DNA of 64,000 bases from IMG/VR virus record IMGVR_UViG_3300042349_000638; one strand, written 5' to 3'. The stretch's first letter is position 1; every line of letters begins with the position of its first letter. The DNA is from an uncultured virus (IMG/VR IMGVR_UViG_3300042349_000638) (Duplodnaviria; Heunggongvirae; Uroviricota; Caudoviricetes). The position numbers and the translations under genes are program-made. Under the pieces are notes generated by a model. The model made no database searches and was not told the origin of the DNA. It was given only the letters and a program-made list of their open reading frames with translations. Below are positions 1 through 9,461 of the stretch, one piece after another.

Positions 1-730
1 TTGTTTGTGTAGCAAATCCAGCAGTTACTGCGTAAGTTGCTGATGTTGCTGATGTTGCTGATGTAGAAAGACCTGCAACAGTCGCATAACTGGATGTTGT
101 AGAGAATCCAGTTGATGCTGCATAAGAAACACTACCAACTAATGTTGTTGCTGTTAAAATACCAGTAACAATTGCACCACCAGCAGTTGTTTGAAATTTC
201 TTTACATTATCATGATAAAGTTCTACTGAACCATTTCCATTAAAAATTGCTGAGTTTTCTCCGCTAGGTGTTATAATATTAACGCTAGTATTACTGATTA
301 AATATAAATTTGCAGCAGCATTTGTAATATAACTATTATTATTTGCTCCGTTATGGAAAATTTGAAGATCATTTCCATCACCAAAGTATAAAGTATCATT
401 ATCACCAAAATAAGCGTGATTTTGGAAGGTTGAAACGCCAACTACCCTTAAATTTTGTGCAGTGGCAATACCAGTGACATTTACATTAACTGATGTGATT
501 ATTCCAGTAGCATTTAAATTCCGTAATGTATTAGTATTTGAAGAAACAATAGATTGTGCTGTTAAAATACCAGTAACATTAACATTACCAACAACTTCAA
601 CTTTTGCATTTGGAATAGTAGTTCCAATACCAATATTTTGTCCCTCTTGACTTTTAATATTGATATGTTTACTGGTATCTAATACCTCAATAAGATTTGC
701 TATTTGCGATAACTCTCTATTATTAGTCAT
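1..730 (-). CDS. Tail fibre-like protein, partial (runs off window start)
   Basis: ATG at 730 gives an open frame MTNNRELSQIANLIEV...NIGIGTTIPNAK...FGDGNDLQIFHNG...VELYHDNVKKFQTT, typical fibre beta-repeat motifs. Late promoter-like ATAAATA at 755-761. Not in the ORF track because it is truncated. Confidence 0.75.
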   Translation of the reverse strand, partial: MTNNRELSQIANLIEVLDTSKHINIKSQEGQNIGIGTTIPNAKVEVVGNVNVTGILTAQSIVSSNTNTLRNLNATGIITSVNVNVTGIATAQNLRVVGVSTFQNHAYFGDNDTLYFGDGNDLQIFHNGANNNSYITNAAANLYLISNTSVNIITPSGENSAIFNGNGSVELYHDNVKKFQTTAGGAIVTGILTATTLVGSVSYAASTGFSTTSSYATVAGLSTSATSATSATYAVTAGFATQT

Positions 731-772
731 TCTGCTGAGGGTTTCTTATAGATTTATTTATTAGATGGTAAA

Positions 773-1828
773 TTAACTTAAACGTGCAGTGACAAATGAG
801 GTTACTTGATCTGTCAACTTATTTGTTGTTGCTCCTAAAGATAAAGCATTTGCATCTGGATTGATTGCGATAGGTGGATCATTTACATCACCAAGATAGA
901 AATTTAAATCTTCATGAGCATATATTTCTGCAGTTGCAACATCAGTACTATTCAAATATAGAGCAAATGTAGAATTAGATTTAATTTCAGATGGAAGTGC
1001 ATCGTAAAATGTTCTTGCGCGTTCAAATCTATCTGTTGCTCCTCTAGTGACAACCAAAAAAGGACAAAATGCCGAAGAAGCACTTCTAAAGGGAGATGCT
1101 GCTTGATAAAAAATCAAACAATTTTGTCTTCCTGTTGTTGAATTTGGATAATCTGTAGTATATGTTGTTCCTCCAATTGGTATTGGTGGAATTGCAAAAG
1201 CGTTTGCATATACAATTTGAGATTTAATATTAGATCCACCTACATCAGTGTTAGTATCCCGAATAATTGTTTCAATATCATATCCATCAGTATCTAAAGA
1301 AATGCATCCTTTAATAGCAGATCTCAAAGCATTTCTCTGTGCAGTTGTAGTATATGCACTATTAATATAAGTTGTATTTGTGCATAATAGTGAAACTAAA
1401 TGTGCTCCAGCACTATGCCCAGCAGCAACAATTTTGTTTGGATTTCCTCCAAAACGATTAACATTTTCAAAAGTCCACCTCAAAGCAGTAACCACATCAT
1501 TTATATGATTTGGATGACGTACTCTATTTGTCGCCCAAGTTCCAATATTTGTAGATGGTATTGGGCTTAATCTATAATTTACCGTTACAAAAATATAACC
1601 CAAAGAATTGAAAAATCTCGCTTTAGAATATGTTGATGATCCTTTATCACCAACTGTCCATGCTCCACCATGAACCCAGAAAATGACAGGTCTATTTCCA
1701 TAAATTCCTTCATTTAGATGATATACATCTAGATTTAATAAATTTTGAGTAACTCCAGAAATAGTATTATGAGATATATTTAATATCGGAGAATTATCCT
1801 CAGATAAAAACAATCCTTGAATTGACAT
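773..1828 (-). CDS. Alpha/beta-hydrolase (carboxylesterase/lipase, HSL/BD-FAE-like)
   Basis: Oxyanion motif WVHGGAW, VNYRLSP, nucleophile elbow GHSAG, candidate catalytic His in AHEDLN. Its start overlaps the upstream stop (TAATG at 1828). Confidence 0.85.
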   Translation of the reverse strand: MSIQGLFLSEDNSPILNISHNTISGVTQNLLNLDVYHLNEGIYGNRPVIFWVHGGAWTVGDKGSSTYSKARFFNSLGYIFVTVNYRLSPIPSTNIGTWATNRVRHPNHINDVVTALRWTFENVNRFGGNPNKIVAAGHSAGAHLVSLLCTNTTYINSAYTTTAQRNALRSAIKGCISLDTDGYDIETIIRDTNTDVGGSNIKSQIVYANAFAIPPIPIGGTTYTTDYPNSTTGRQNCLIFYQAASPFRSASSAFCPFLVVTRGATDRFERARTFYDALPSEIKSNSTFALYLNSTDVATAEIYAHEDLNFYLGDVNDPPIAINPDANALSLGATTNKLTDQVTSFVTARLS

Positions 1829-4332
1829 TAGGTAACTCCCGCACCAGTAAGAGCAAAACTATTCGTCCCAACGCATAAAATAGTTGCCAGAGCATATGAA
1901 TTTAATCCTCTTGGTCCTGTATCGCCAATAGCAGCTCTTCTTAAGGTTACGCCAGCAGATGGAGTTAGCATTTGAACAGAAGCACTATTGTTGTATATGG
2001 TTACAATATCTCCTGTTGCAAATATGCCCTGAGGAATTGTGACTCCTCCAGTGCTAATTGCAACATGTTTTCCAACATCTGATTTTACAAGAACATAAGC
2101 AGATGCACGAGCATTCTGAGGTAATGTTCTAAGATCTCCCTTAGAATCTGCAAGAGTTGCTGCAGTCACAATTCCTGAGAATTGTGCATCTCCACTGTTA
2201 TAAATGACAGTTTGTGGAGATGCAACAGTTGGACCAACTTCAATCTTTCCAGTATTGAATTGATTTGACTGATAATCAACATACCATCTGTTTGTTCCAC
2301 TTGTTCTTAGGTAGATACCTCCAGAAACTCCAGTGTTGTTTGAAACAATCTGACCATTTGATGGATCAATTAATGTGCCAGCAGTTGATCCCAGTCCAAG
2401 ACCAACTTCTCCAACTCTAACCACATCATAAAAAGTTGAAATTCCTATAATACTTAGGGATCCGCCAACAGATAATCTTGCTGCTGGAGTTGTTGTTCCT
2501 ACTCCAACAAATCCATTATTAGTTGTTCTTATAATAGTCCCTGCTGCTCCAACATTTAAAGTTGTCGCAGTTGCAATTCCTGCGGAAAGATTTGTTGTAG
2601 ATGTGTGAGTTGCAGTTAAAGAAGTAGTAGTTGAGAAAGAACTTGTAAAATCAGTGCTAGTGAAACTAGTAATGATACCAGAAGACGCTGTTAATGAAGT
2701 AACTATTCCAGTCGCAATATTTAATGTTGTAATAGTTCCTACACCAGAAACTGATAAGTTAGTAAATTCACCTCTTCCACTTACAGTAAGTTCTGATGTT
2801 GCATTTGTAGTACCAATTCCAACCTTAGAAGTTGTATTAATTCCTGTTGCTGTTGGATTCCAATATAAAGGTTCTGATAGTAGCGCATTAACTATAACTT
2901 GACCGTATGAGGTGCTGATAGAAACATTAGTACCTGCTACGAGTGTTGTTACGATACCAGTGATACTTGATCCTTCACCTCTAAATGAAGTTGCTGTCAA
3001 AGCGCCACTAACATAAGCATTTCCACTTACTGTAAGTGTAGCTACTGGAATATTTGTACCGACACTTACAGATGATGTAGTATGAATGCCAGTTGATGTT
3101 GGATACCACTTAGATGGATATGCCCATGAAAGATTTCCATCTCCATCCGATGTTAAAGCATCATATTGAGATCCATTATTAGTTGGTAAACGTAAAGTAT
3201 AGTTATCAGATCCATCTGGAGCAAGTAGAGAAATTACATGTGGATCTTCACCAGCATAGTATGAGTAAAAATTAATCTTGGTACTTTCATTTGATTGATT
3301 CAAATGCAAATTAATACTAGTGGTATTAATTCCAATATAAGTATATCCAAGTCCTACGCTAATTCTTCCCGAAGTTGTAACTCCAATAACTTTAAGACCA
3401 CCATCTACATGCAACTTTTCTTCAGCTGCATTTGTACCTATGCCGACATAAAAAGAATTGTTTCCATACAACCAAGCAGTGTTTCCAGCACCAATCACAA
3501 GTTGATGTGATCCTTCTAAAATAGGAGGAGTTTTAAGAACAGAATCTGGATTAACGTCAAATACATCACCATCTGCTCCAGTTGGTCCGATCATAACATT
3601 ATATGATCCAGTTAATCCAGGATTAGATGGATTATATCCTACTCCATTTCCAATGAATATATTATTATTAGAGTCTGCATATGAGTTACCAGCATATGCT
3701 CCTACAAAAACATTATCACTGGAACCTAGATTTGTAAAACTTGATCCAGTCTCTTCTCCTATGAATACGTTTCTTCTTGCAGTACTGTCTAAAGAAAATC
3801 CAGATCTCTTACCAAAAATTATATTTCCCTTATTGCCTCTATATCCTAATGTTAAACCAGTATTAATATTTTCTCCACCTATTGTAATATAACCACGATA
3901 ATCATAATCACTATCAGCCGCAGTGGTGAATGTCACCATTCCTGTATTGTTTATACCTCCATTAACATAAAGAGCAGTGCCACCATATCCAATTGTGCCA
4001 ACTTCTAATTTAAATCTTGGATTGGTTGTTCCTATACCAACATCAGATAATCTATAGATTCCAGATTCAACTTCAGTCCAAATTGCATTTACATCTACGG
4101 TAACTCTATTTGAGGTATATGCAACTCCTAGATAATTTCCAAAATTTATTGATGTTATTCCAGTTCCAACAACAGTGCCATTATCTTCTACTGTTAGTGG
4201 CACTGTATTTTGTACCAAAATTACAGAAGAACTAAAACCAACCCACTGAACTCCATTCCAGATAAAAGAAGAACCATCTGGGGTAGTATAAACTTCATCT
4301 AGTGCTGGAGAATTTGGAAAATTTAGTGCCAC
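1828..4332 (-). CDS. Tail fibre protein
   Basis: 834 aa with repeated VGIGTTN motifs and N-x-F-I-G repeats. Its C-terminal ~105-aa domain is shared with 54666-55748. Confidence 0.75.
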   Translation of the reverse strand: MALNFPNSPALDEVYTTPDGSSFIWNGVQWVGFSSSVILVQNTVPLTVEDNGTVVGTGITSINFGNYLGVAYTSNRVTVDVNAIWTEVESGIYRLSDVGIGTTNPRFKLEVGTIGYGGTALYVNGGINNTGMVTFTTAADSDYDYRGYITIGGENINTGLTLGYRGNKGNIIFGKRSGFSLDSTARRNVFIGEETGSSFTNLGSSDNVFVGAYAGNSYADSNNNIFIGNGVGYNPSNPGLTGSYNVMIGPTGADGDVFDVNPDSVLKTPPILEGSHQLVIGAGNTAWLYGNNSFYVGIGTNAAEEKLHVDGGLKVIGVTTSGRISVGLGYTYIGINTTSINLHLNQSNESTKINFYSYYAGEDPHVISLLAPDGSDNYTLRLPTNNGSQYDALTSDGDGNLSWAYPSKWYPTSTGIHTTSSVSVGTNIPVATLTVSGNAYVSGALTATSFRGEGSSITGIVTTLVAGTNVSISTSYGQVIVNALLSEPLYWNPTATGINTTSKVGIGTTNATSELTVSGRGEFTNLSVSGVGTITTLNIATGIVTSLTASSGIITSFTSTDFTSSFSTTTSLTATHTSTTNLSAGIATATTLNVGAAGTIIRTTNNGFVGVGTTTPAARLSVGGSLSIIGISTFYDVVRVGEVGLGLGSTAGTLIDPSNGQIVSNNTGVSGGIYLRTSGTNRWYVDYQSNQFNTGKIEVGPTVASPQTVIYNSGDAQFSGIVTAATLADSKGDLRTLPQNARASAYVLVKSDVGKHVAISTGGVTIPQGIFATGDIVTIYNNSASVQMLTPSAGVTLRRAAIGDTGPRGLNSYALATILCVGTNSFALTGAGVT

Positions 4333-4366
4333 TTTATTCGCCCTTTATTAGTTATTTATTGAAAGA

Positions 4367-7150
4367 TTAGACCGCAACAGTACTTAAATTACCAGAGTCA
4401 TTGACAATGAGACGATATTGAGTTCCTCCTGGAGAAGTGAGAATTATTCCAGTTGAGGTATTAACACCAACTTTAACGTCACCAATAACAGTAAGAGCAC
4501 TTGTCGCATTTGTGGTTCCAATACCAACATTTGCTGTTGTGCCAATTCCAGTTGCTGAAGGTTCCCAGTAATTCGTAATACTAATAGTAGCAATTCCTGA
4601 AGTTACAAGAACATCGGCATTACCCTCAAAGTTAATTGTTGTCGCTGTTCCTACTGGAAATTTACTTTGCTGAAGACTTACTCCTCCAGTAACTCCAGTT
4701 AAACCAGAACCATCTCCATAGAATGTGGATGCTTTTACATTACCAACAACATCAAGAGTTACTGTTGGCTGAGTAGAACCAATACCAATAGATCCATTAA
4801 CTGTGGATGTAAGTATTGTCCCTCCTGTTCCAACATTAATAACATTGTTAAATGTAGAAATTCCTGAAACTCTTAACTGAGTTACTGAGGATATTCCTCC
4901 AACAACTGAGGTTGCTATTCCAGAAGTTGCAGCATAAGTTGCTTGTGTTGCGATTCCAGCAGTTCCTGCATAAGTAGCAATTCCAGCGGTTCCTGCATAA
5001 GTAGCAATACCAGCAGTTGTTGAATAGGTAGCAATACCAGCAGTTCCTGCATAAGTAGCAATTCCAGCAGTTGTTGAATAGGTAGCAATACCAGCGGTTA
5101 CTGAATAAGTTGCTTGAGTTGCTATTCCTGCAGTTGTTGCGTAAGTTGCAATGCCTGCTATACTAGTGTATATAACATTAATATCAGTATTAATTCCAAT
5201 TGTAGCAATACCTGCAATAGAAGTACTAATACTTACATTTCCAGTGAAATTAATATTTGAAATTGCTTGAGTAAGTGGAACACCATTGTTTGAAACAGTA
5301 ACAGTGTTTGATTGAACTCCACCATTTGGAGAAAAATCTACCCACTGTGAACTATCATCATCAACATAATATATAAATCCTCTTCCTAGCATTGAAGAGT
5401 ACCAAAGATCTCCGCTAAATGGTGAAGATGGTGCAGTATCTGAAATTGATACGTTGGAACCTCCACCACCGCCACCTCCTCCAGATGCATTAATAACAAC
5501 TCTTCCAGTTGATCCACTAATAGTAATATTAGTTCCAGCAATAATAGAGGTTACAATACCAGAAAGCGCATTTCCACTTCCAGTATAGACTGGAGAATAG
5601 ATACTATTTGCTGCTGTTATTATACCAGCAGAAACTGTTGTTGCAGTAACTACACCAGTGATTGCCGCATTTGGAACAGATAGTAATCCATAAGAAAGTC
5701 TTTGTTCACCATTAATTTGATATGATCTATTAGACGAAAGACCAATATTTACATTAGATGTCCAAGCATTATTAGTATAATCCCATAAGAATTGTTTATT
5801 TGTATCACCATAGAGAATTATTCCTCCACCATCTGCTCCAATATCATTTGGAGTTGAAGTAGTTCCGAGACCTACGATTTTATCGGTAACTTGTAGGTTT
5901 ACAGAACTAGTTTCTGTTCTGGTTCCATCTACATATAAATTACCAAGAATTCTTACTGCAGTTCCACCGACTGAAATAAGCCCTGGAGCATTGATTAAAG
6001 AACTGTCAATAACAATATTACCAGCACCAATTCCTCCAGATGCTGTTAAACTTCCACCAATACTTATATTTGAAGTTGCTTCAATTCCACCACGAACATA
6101 TAATTGAGTTGTAGTATCTCCAAATGATCCAACTTCGAGTTGATACTGTGGATTTGTAGTTCCTATTCCAACATTTGCAGTTGTTCCAATTCCTACTGAT
6201 GGAGTATTAATCCACCCAGTATCAAGTGCCGCTGCTGTGATATTCGTTAATCCAGAACCATCGCCAATAAATTGATTAGCAGTTACTACTCCAGTTGCAC
6301 TAATTCCCCCATTAACATATAGAGAAATTTGTGTAGATGAAGTTCCAACTGTTGCAATACCAAGCGTAGTGAATCCAGAAATTGATGCGTTTCCAACTAC
6401 TGTTAATCTATTGGGAGAATTAGTAGTTCCTATTCCAATATTAGAAGTTGTGTGGATTCCAGTTGCGGTTTGTTGCCAATAAGATTCTCCACCTCCTCCA
6501 CCAGCACTATAGACAGTTACTCCATATCCAGTAGTTGTAACTCCTACCGTTGGTCCGACAAAATTAATAGAGGTTACAAGTCCAGCAATACCTTTTAAAG
6601 TATTATTTTCATATACTGTAATTCCACCAATAGTTGCTCCACCAGTTGAAGTTCCTACTGTATCGGAAGTATATCCAATAATTTCAACAATGTCATCTAC
6701 AAATGCAGGATCGTTTAATCTTACCTTTACTCCAGGAATATATGTGTAACTATTCTCCGTTAATTTTACACCATTAACGTATACATCAATGAAAGCAGCA
6801 ACTGATGTGTAATCAAAATCAATTTGATCTTCAGTTGCTGTATAAACAACAGAGGTTCTTAGGTCTGGAAGAGATGCCCACTCTATTCCACCAGTACCAG
6901 TTGCTCTTAAATATTGATATGCTTGACCAGAAGTGTTGGCAATACTAACAGATCCTGTAAGAACAAGAGAATTGATAGTTGTGACGCCACTTACACTTAT
7001 GTGTGTTGCTGCAATGCCACCATTGACATGCAACAAATGAGTTGGAAGACTTGTGCCAATTCCAACTCTATTAGTATCTGCGTTTGCAAGAATGAGACTT
7101 GTATCTACCTCAAGACCATTCTTTACGACGAAATTCTTATTTACGCCCAT
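4367..7150 (-). CDS. Tail fibre protein
   Basis: 927 aa, Gly/Thr-rich, with many NVGIGTTN motifs and AGIATY repeats. N-terminus NKNFVVKNGLEV is typical of cyanomyophage fibres. Confidence 0.75.
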   Translation of the reverse strand: MGVNKNFVVKNGLEVDTSLILANADTNRVGIGTSLPTHLLHVNGGIAATHISVSGVTTINSLVLTGSVSIANTSGQAYQYLRATGTGGIEWASLPDLRTSVVYTATEDQIDFDYTSVAAFIDVYVNGVKLTENSYTYIPGVKVRLNDPAFVDDIVEIIGYTSDTVGTSTGGATIGGITVYENNTLKGIAGLVTSINFVGPTVGVTTTGYGVTVYSAGGGGGESYWQQTATGIHTTSNIGIGTTNSPNRLTVVGNASISGFTTLGIATVGTSSTQISLYVNGGISATGVVTANQFIGDGSGLTNITAAALDTGWINTPSVGIGTTANVGIGTTNPQYQLEVGSFGDTTTQLYVRGGIEATSNISIGGSLTASGGIGAGNIVIDSSLINAPGLISVGGTAVRILGNLYVDGTRTETSSVNLQVTDKIVGLGTTSTPNDIGADGGGIILYGDTNKQFLWDYTNNAWTSNVNIGLSSNRSYQINGEQRLSYGLLSVPNAAITGVVTATTVSAGIITAANSIYSPVYTGSGNALSGIVTSIIAGTNITISGSTGRVVINASGGGGGGGGSNVSISDTAPSSPFSGDLWYSSMLGRGFIYYVDDDSSQWVDFSPNGGVQSNTVTVSNNGVPLTQAISNINFTGNVSISTSIAGIATIGINTDINVIYTSIAGIATYATTAGIATQATYSVTAGIATYSTTAGIATYAGTAGIATYSTTAGIATYAGTAGIATYAGTAGIATQATYAATSGIATSVVGGISSVTQLRVSGISTFNNVINVGTGGTILTSTVNGSIGIGSTQPTVTLDVVGNVKASTFYGDGSGLTGVTGGVSLQQSKFPVGTATTINFEGNADVLVTSGIATISITNYWEPSATGIGTTANVGIGTTNATSALTVIGDVKVGVNTSTGIILTSPGGTQYRLIVNDSGNLSTVAV

Positions 7151-7193
7151 TGATACTCCTGAGGTTCACTGTCCCCTCGTAACTTCTTATTAT

Positions 7194-7568
7194 TTATGCA
7201 GTTGGAGGTTCTGGAAAAACTACTTCTTCAGGTGAAGAAAAAGTAGTTGTAATATCTCTCAATTCTTGACGATATGTTTTCCATGATGTTGGAATGTTAG
7301 TTCCACATTCTTTTGCTTTTAATACAACCCAGTCGCAATTTGTAAGAAGTTGATCTCTCTCTTTTCTAACTTCTGCCCATGCAAGATCTAAATCTTCAAC
7401 TGGAGCAACAAATTCGCCATTAATATATGACCACCCCATTCCAACACCCGCAACTGTTGATGTTTCAACATCGACCCAGTTTGGATAATTCTTTGCATGT
7501 GATGGTTCAGCAGCTGTCATATTGACAACTACTTCGTTTTCTACAATTGCATAAATTTTGATTGCCAT
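7194..7568 (-). CDS. Tail fibre assembly chaperone-like protein
   Basis: C-terminal W-x-x-VR-x-ERD-x-LL-x-x-x-DW...W-x-x-YRQ-x-LRDIT motif of phage tail-assembly chaperones. Lies directly downstream of a fibre gene. Confidence 0.75.
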   Translation of the reverse strand: MAIKIYAIVENEVVVNMTAAEPSHAKNYPNWVDVETSTVAGVGMGWSYINGEFVAPVEDLDLAWAEVRKERDQLLTNCDWVVLKAKECGTNIPTSWKTYRQELRDITTTFSSPEEVVFPEPPTA

Positions 7569-7604
7569 TTTTTTAATGCTCCTTTTTAGATTTATATAAA
7601 ATTA

Positions 7605-9398
7605 TTACCATGCCCAAACACGGACAACACCATTTCCACCAGCGCCAGAAGGAGATCCTGGAACAGTATTTCCCCCTCCTCCACCACCAGGAAATCCTCC
7701 GTTAGTTGGAAGAGTGGAACTATTTCCACCATTTCCGCCCGCACCCATAGATGAAGCATAAAGACCACCTAAAGGTCCACCTCTTCTTAGAGAAGTTCCT
7801 CCAATTCCTGCGTTTGCTGCTCCTCCCGCTCCAGGTCCAATTACGGAACTTCCTCCACGAGAAGATACTGATGCGGTGCCTCCACCAGCTCCAGCTGCTG
7901 AAGAATAACCATGACAACCTGTGTTTACTGCTGCTGAAGGTGCTGTGATATAAAAATCTCCAGCATATTGAAGATTTCCATCGCCACCATAACCACCTCC
8001 AAAATTAGTATTTCTAGCTCCGCCACCACCACCAGCTCTTACAAAGTTATCTGCTGCAACTTCAAAAGAACTTGGTCCACCATCTTGACCAGTAGTTGTT
8101 GTAGAATTTGTTCCTCCTAGTCCTACAATTACAGAGGAAACATCTGGCAAATCTTTTGCTCTGAATAATCGTTCAACTACACCTCCAGCTCCTCCTCCAG
8201 AACAGGTAGATCTTGAATTTCCCGCTCCTCCTCCACCAACACACTGAACATATATCCAATTTGCTCTAAATGGAAGCGATGCTTGATTGAATGTACCAGA
8301 AGAAGTAAATTCTTGCAGATAAGTTTGAACGGTGCTAGCAACACCAACTAGACCAGAACCGTTTCCATAAAATGTTGTTGCTGTAATAACACCTGTAATA
8401 TTTGCACTTGCGCCAATTCTAATATGTTGACTTGTTTCTAAGTCTCCATTTACATATTCTGTTGTTCCTTTAAGACCTGGATATCCAACTTCTAATACAT
8501 AATTTGGAATAGTTGTTGAACCAATTCCAACCTTACCATCTGCAGTTGCAGTGATAACTGTTCCTCCAGATCCAACCGTAATTTTTGGAACTTGAACGTC
8601 AGTGTAAGCATTAAGAATACCTACGTTTAACTGATCAGTATCTGGGGAATAATTTAAATTAGTATCTGTTCTTAATTCTTCTGCTCCAGTTGCTCCATTT
8701 ACAAAAGTAATGTAGTGTGCTCCAGAGTCAGTACTTGCACCAACAATAGTTGCAGTTGTTGCGTTACTCGCTGTTCCAGTTAAACTGCCAACAAATCCGC
8801 CAGTGGCAGTAACTACGCCACTAATATTCGCATTTCCTTGTACTGTTAATTTCCATGGAGAATTGGTTGTTCCAATTCCAACATTAGCAGTCGTATGAAC
8901 ACCTGTTGCTGTTTGTTGGAAGTAATTTTGCTCATCAAATGCACTAATAGTTACAATTCCAGATCCTGCTGATGTTCCAGATGAAACAATGGTGATATTT
9001 GTTCCAGCAACAATTTGAGTTACAATTCCAGTAAGAGATCTACCATCTCCTCTATAAGAGAGAGCAGTGACAATACCAGTTGCTCTTAATCCTTGAGCAT
9101 TAACTGTAACTCCAGATCCAACCTGAAGCTGAGAATCGATGGTTGTGACTCCAACAATTCTCAGATTATTTGGGATATATGTTACAGCAACACCAGCATT
9201 TTGTAAATATCGACCATCTCCATAATAAGTAACAATTCCAGATAAAGAATCAGATGTTGCTGTTATAAAACCAGCAGTTACTTTTACCGTACCTAAAGTT
9301 GTTACTCCAGTTACCCCAGAAACTACGAGACCTTGATCAAAGGTTGGAGATGAACTTCCAGATTTACTTCTGATTGTATTAACCTGAATTATAGACAT
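7605..9398 (-). CDS. Tail fibre with C-terminal glycine-rich adhesin-like domain
   Basis: N-terminal fibre motifs, then QEFTSSGTF...CVGGGGAG...GGNGVVRVW Gly-rich domain. Confidence 0.75.
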   Translation of the reverse strand: MSIIQVNTIRSKSGSSSPTFDQGLVVSGVTGVTTLGTVKVTAGFITATSDSLSGIVTYYGDGRYLQNAGVAVTYIPNNLRIVGVTTIDSQLQVGSGVTVNAQGLRATGIVTALSYRGDGRSLTGIVTQIVAGTNITIVSSGTSAGSGIVTISAFDEQNYFQQTATGVHTTANVGIGTTNSPWKLTVQGNANISGVVTATGGFVGSLTGTASNATTATIVGASTDSGAHYITFVNGATGAEELRTDTNLNYSPDTDQLNVGILNAYTDVQVPKITVGSGGTVITATADGKVGIGSTTIPNYVLEVGYPGLKGTTEYVNGDLETSQHIRIGASANITGVITATTFYGNGSGLVGVASTVQTYLQEFTSSGTFNQASLPFRANWIYVQCVGGGGAGNSRSTCSGGGAGGVVERLFRAKDLPDVSSVIVGLGGTNSTTTTGQDGGPSSFEVAADNFVRAGGGGGARNTNFGGGYGGDGNLQYAGDFYITAPSAAVNTGCHGYSSAAGAGGGTASVSSRGGSSVIGPGAGGAANAGIGGTSLRRGGPLGGLYASSMGAGGNGGNSSTLPTNGGFPGGGGGGNTVPGSPSGAGGNGVVRVWAW

Positions 9399-9436
9399 AG
9401 TATTGTGTAGTAATCTGTTTTTTTACTCTTATGGTT

Positions 9437-9444
9437 TATTTATA
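9437..9444 (-). promoter_or_regulatory. T4-type late promoter
   Basis: Exact TATAAATA on the minus strand, ~40 nt upstream of the 9398 start. Similar (A/C)TAAATA boxes precede many structural genes (755, 4353, 7191, 14697, 20122, 26206, 34273, 51937, 62097, 63166). Confidence 0.75.
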
Positions 9445-9461
9445 GTAGAATAACAAAAGAA

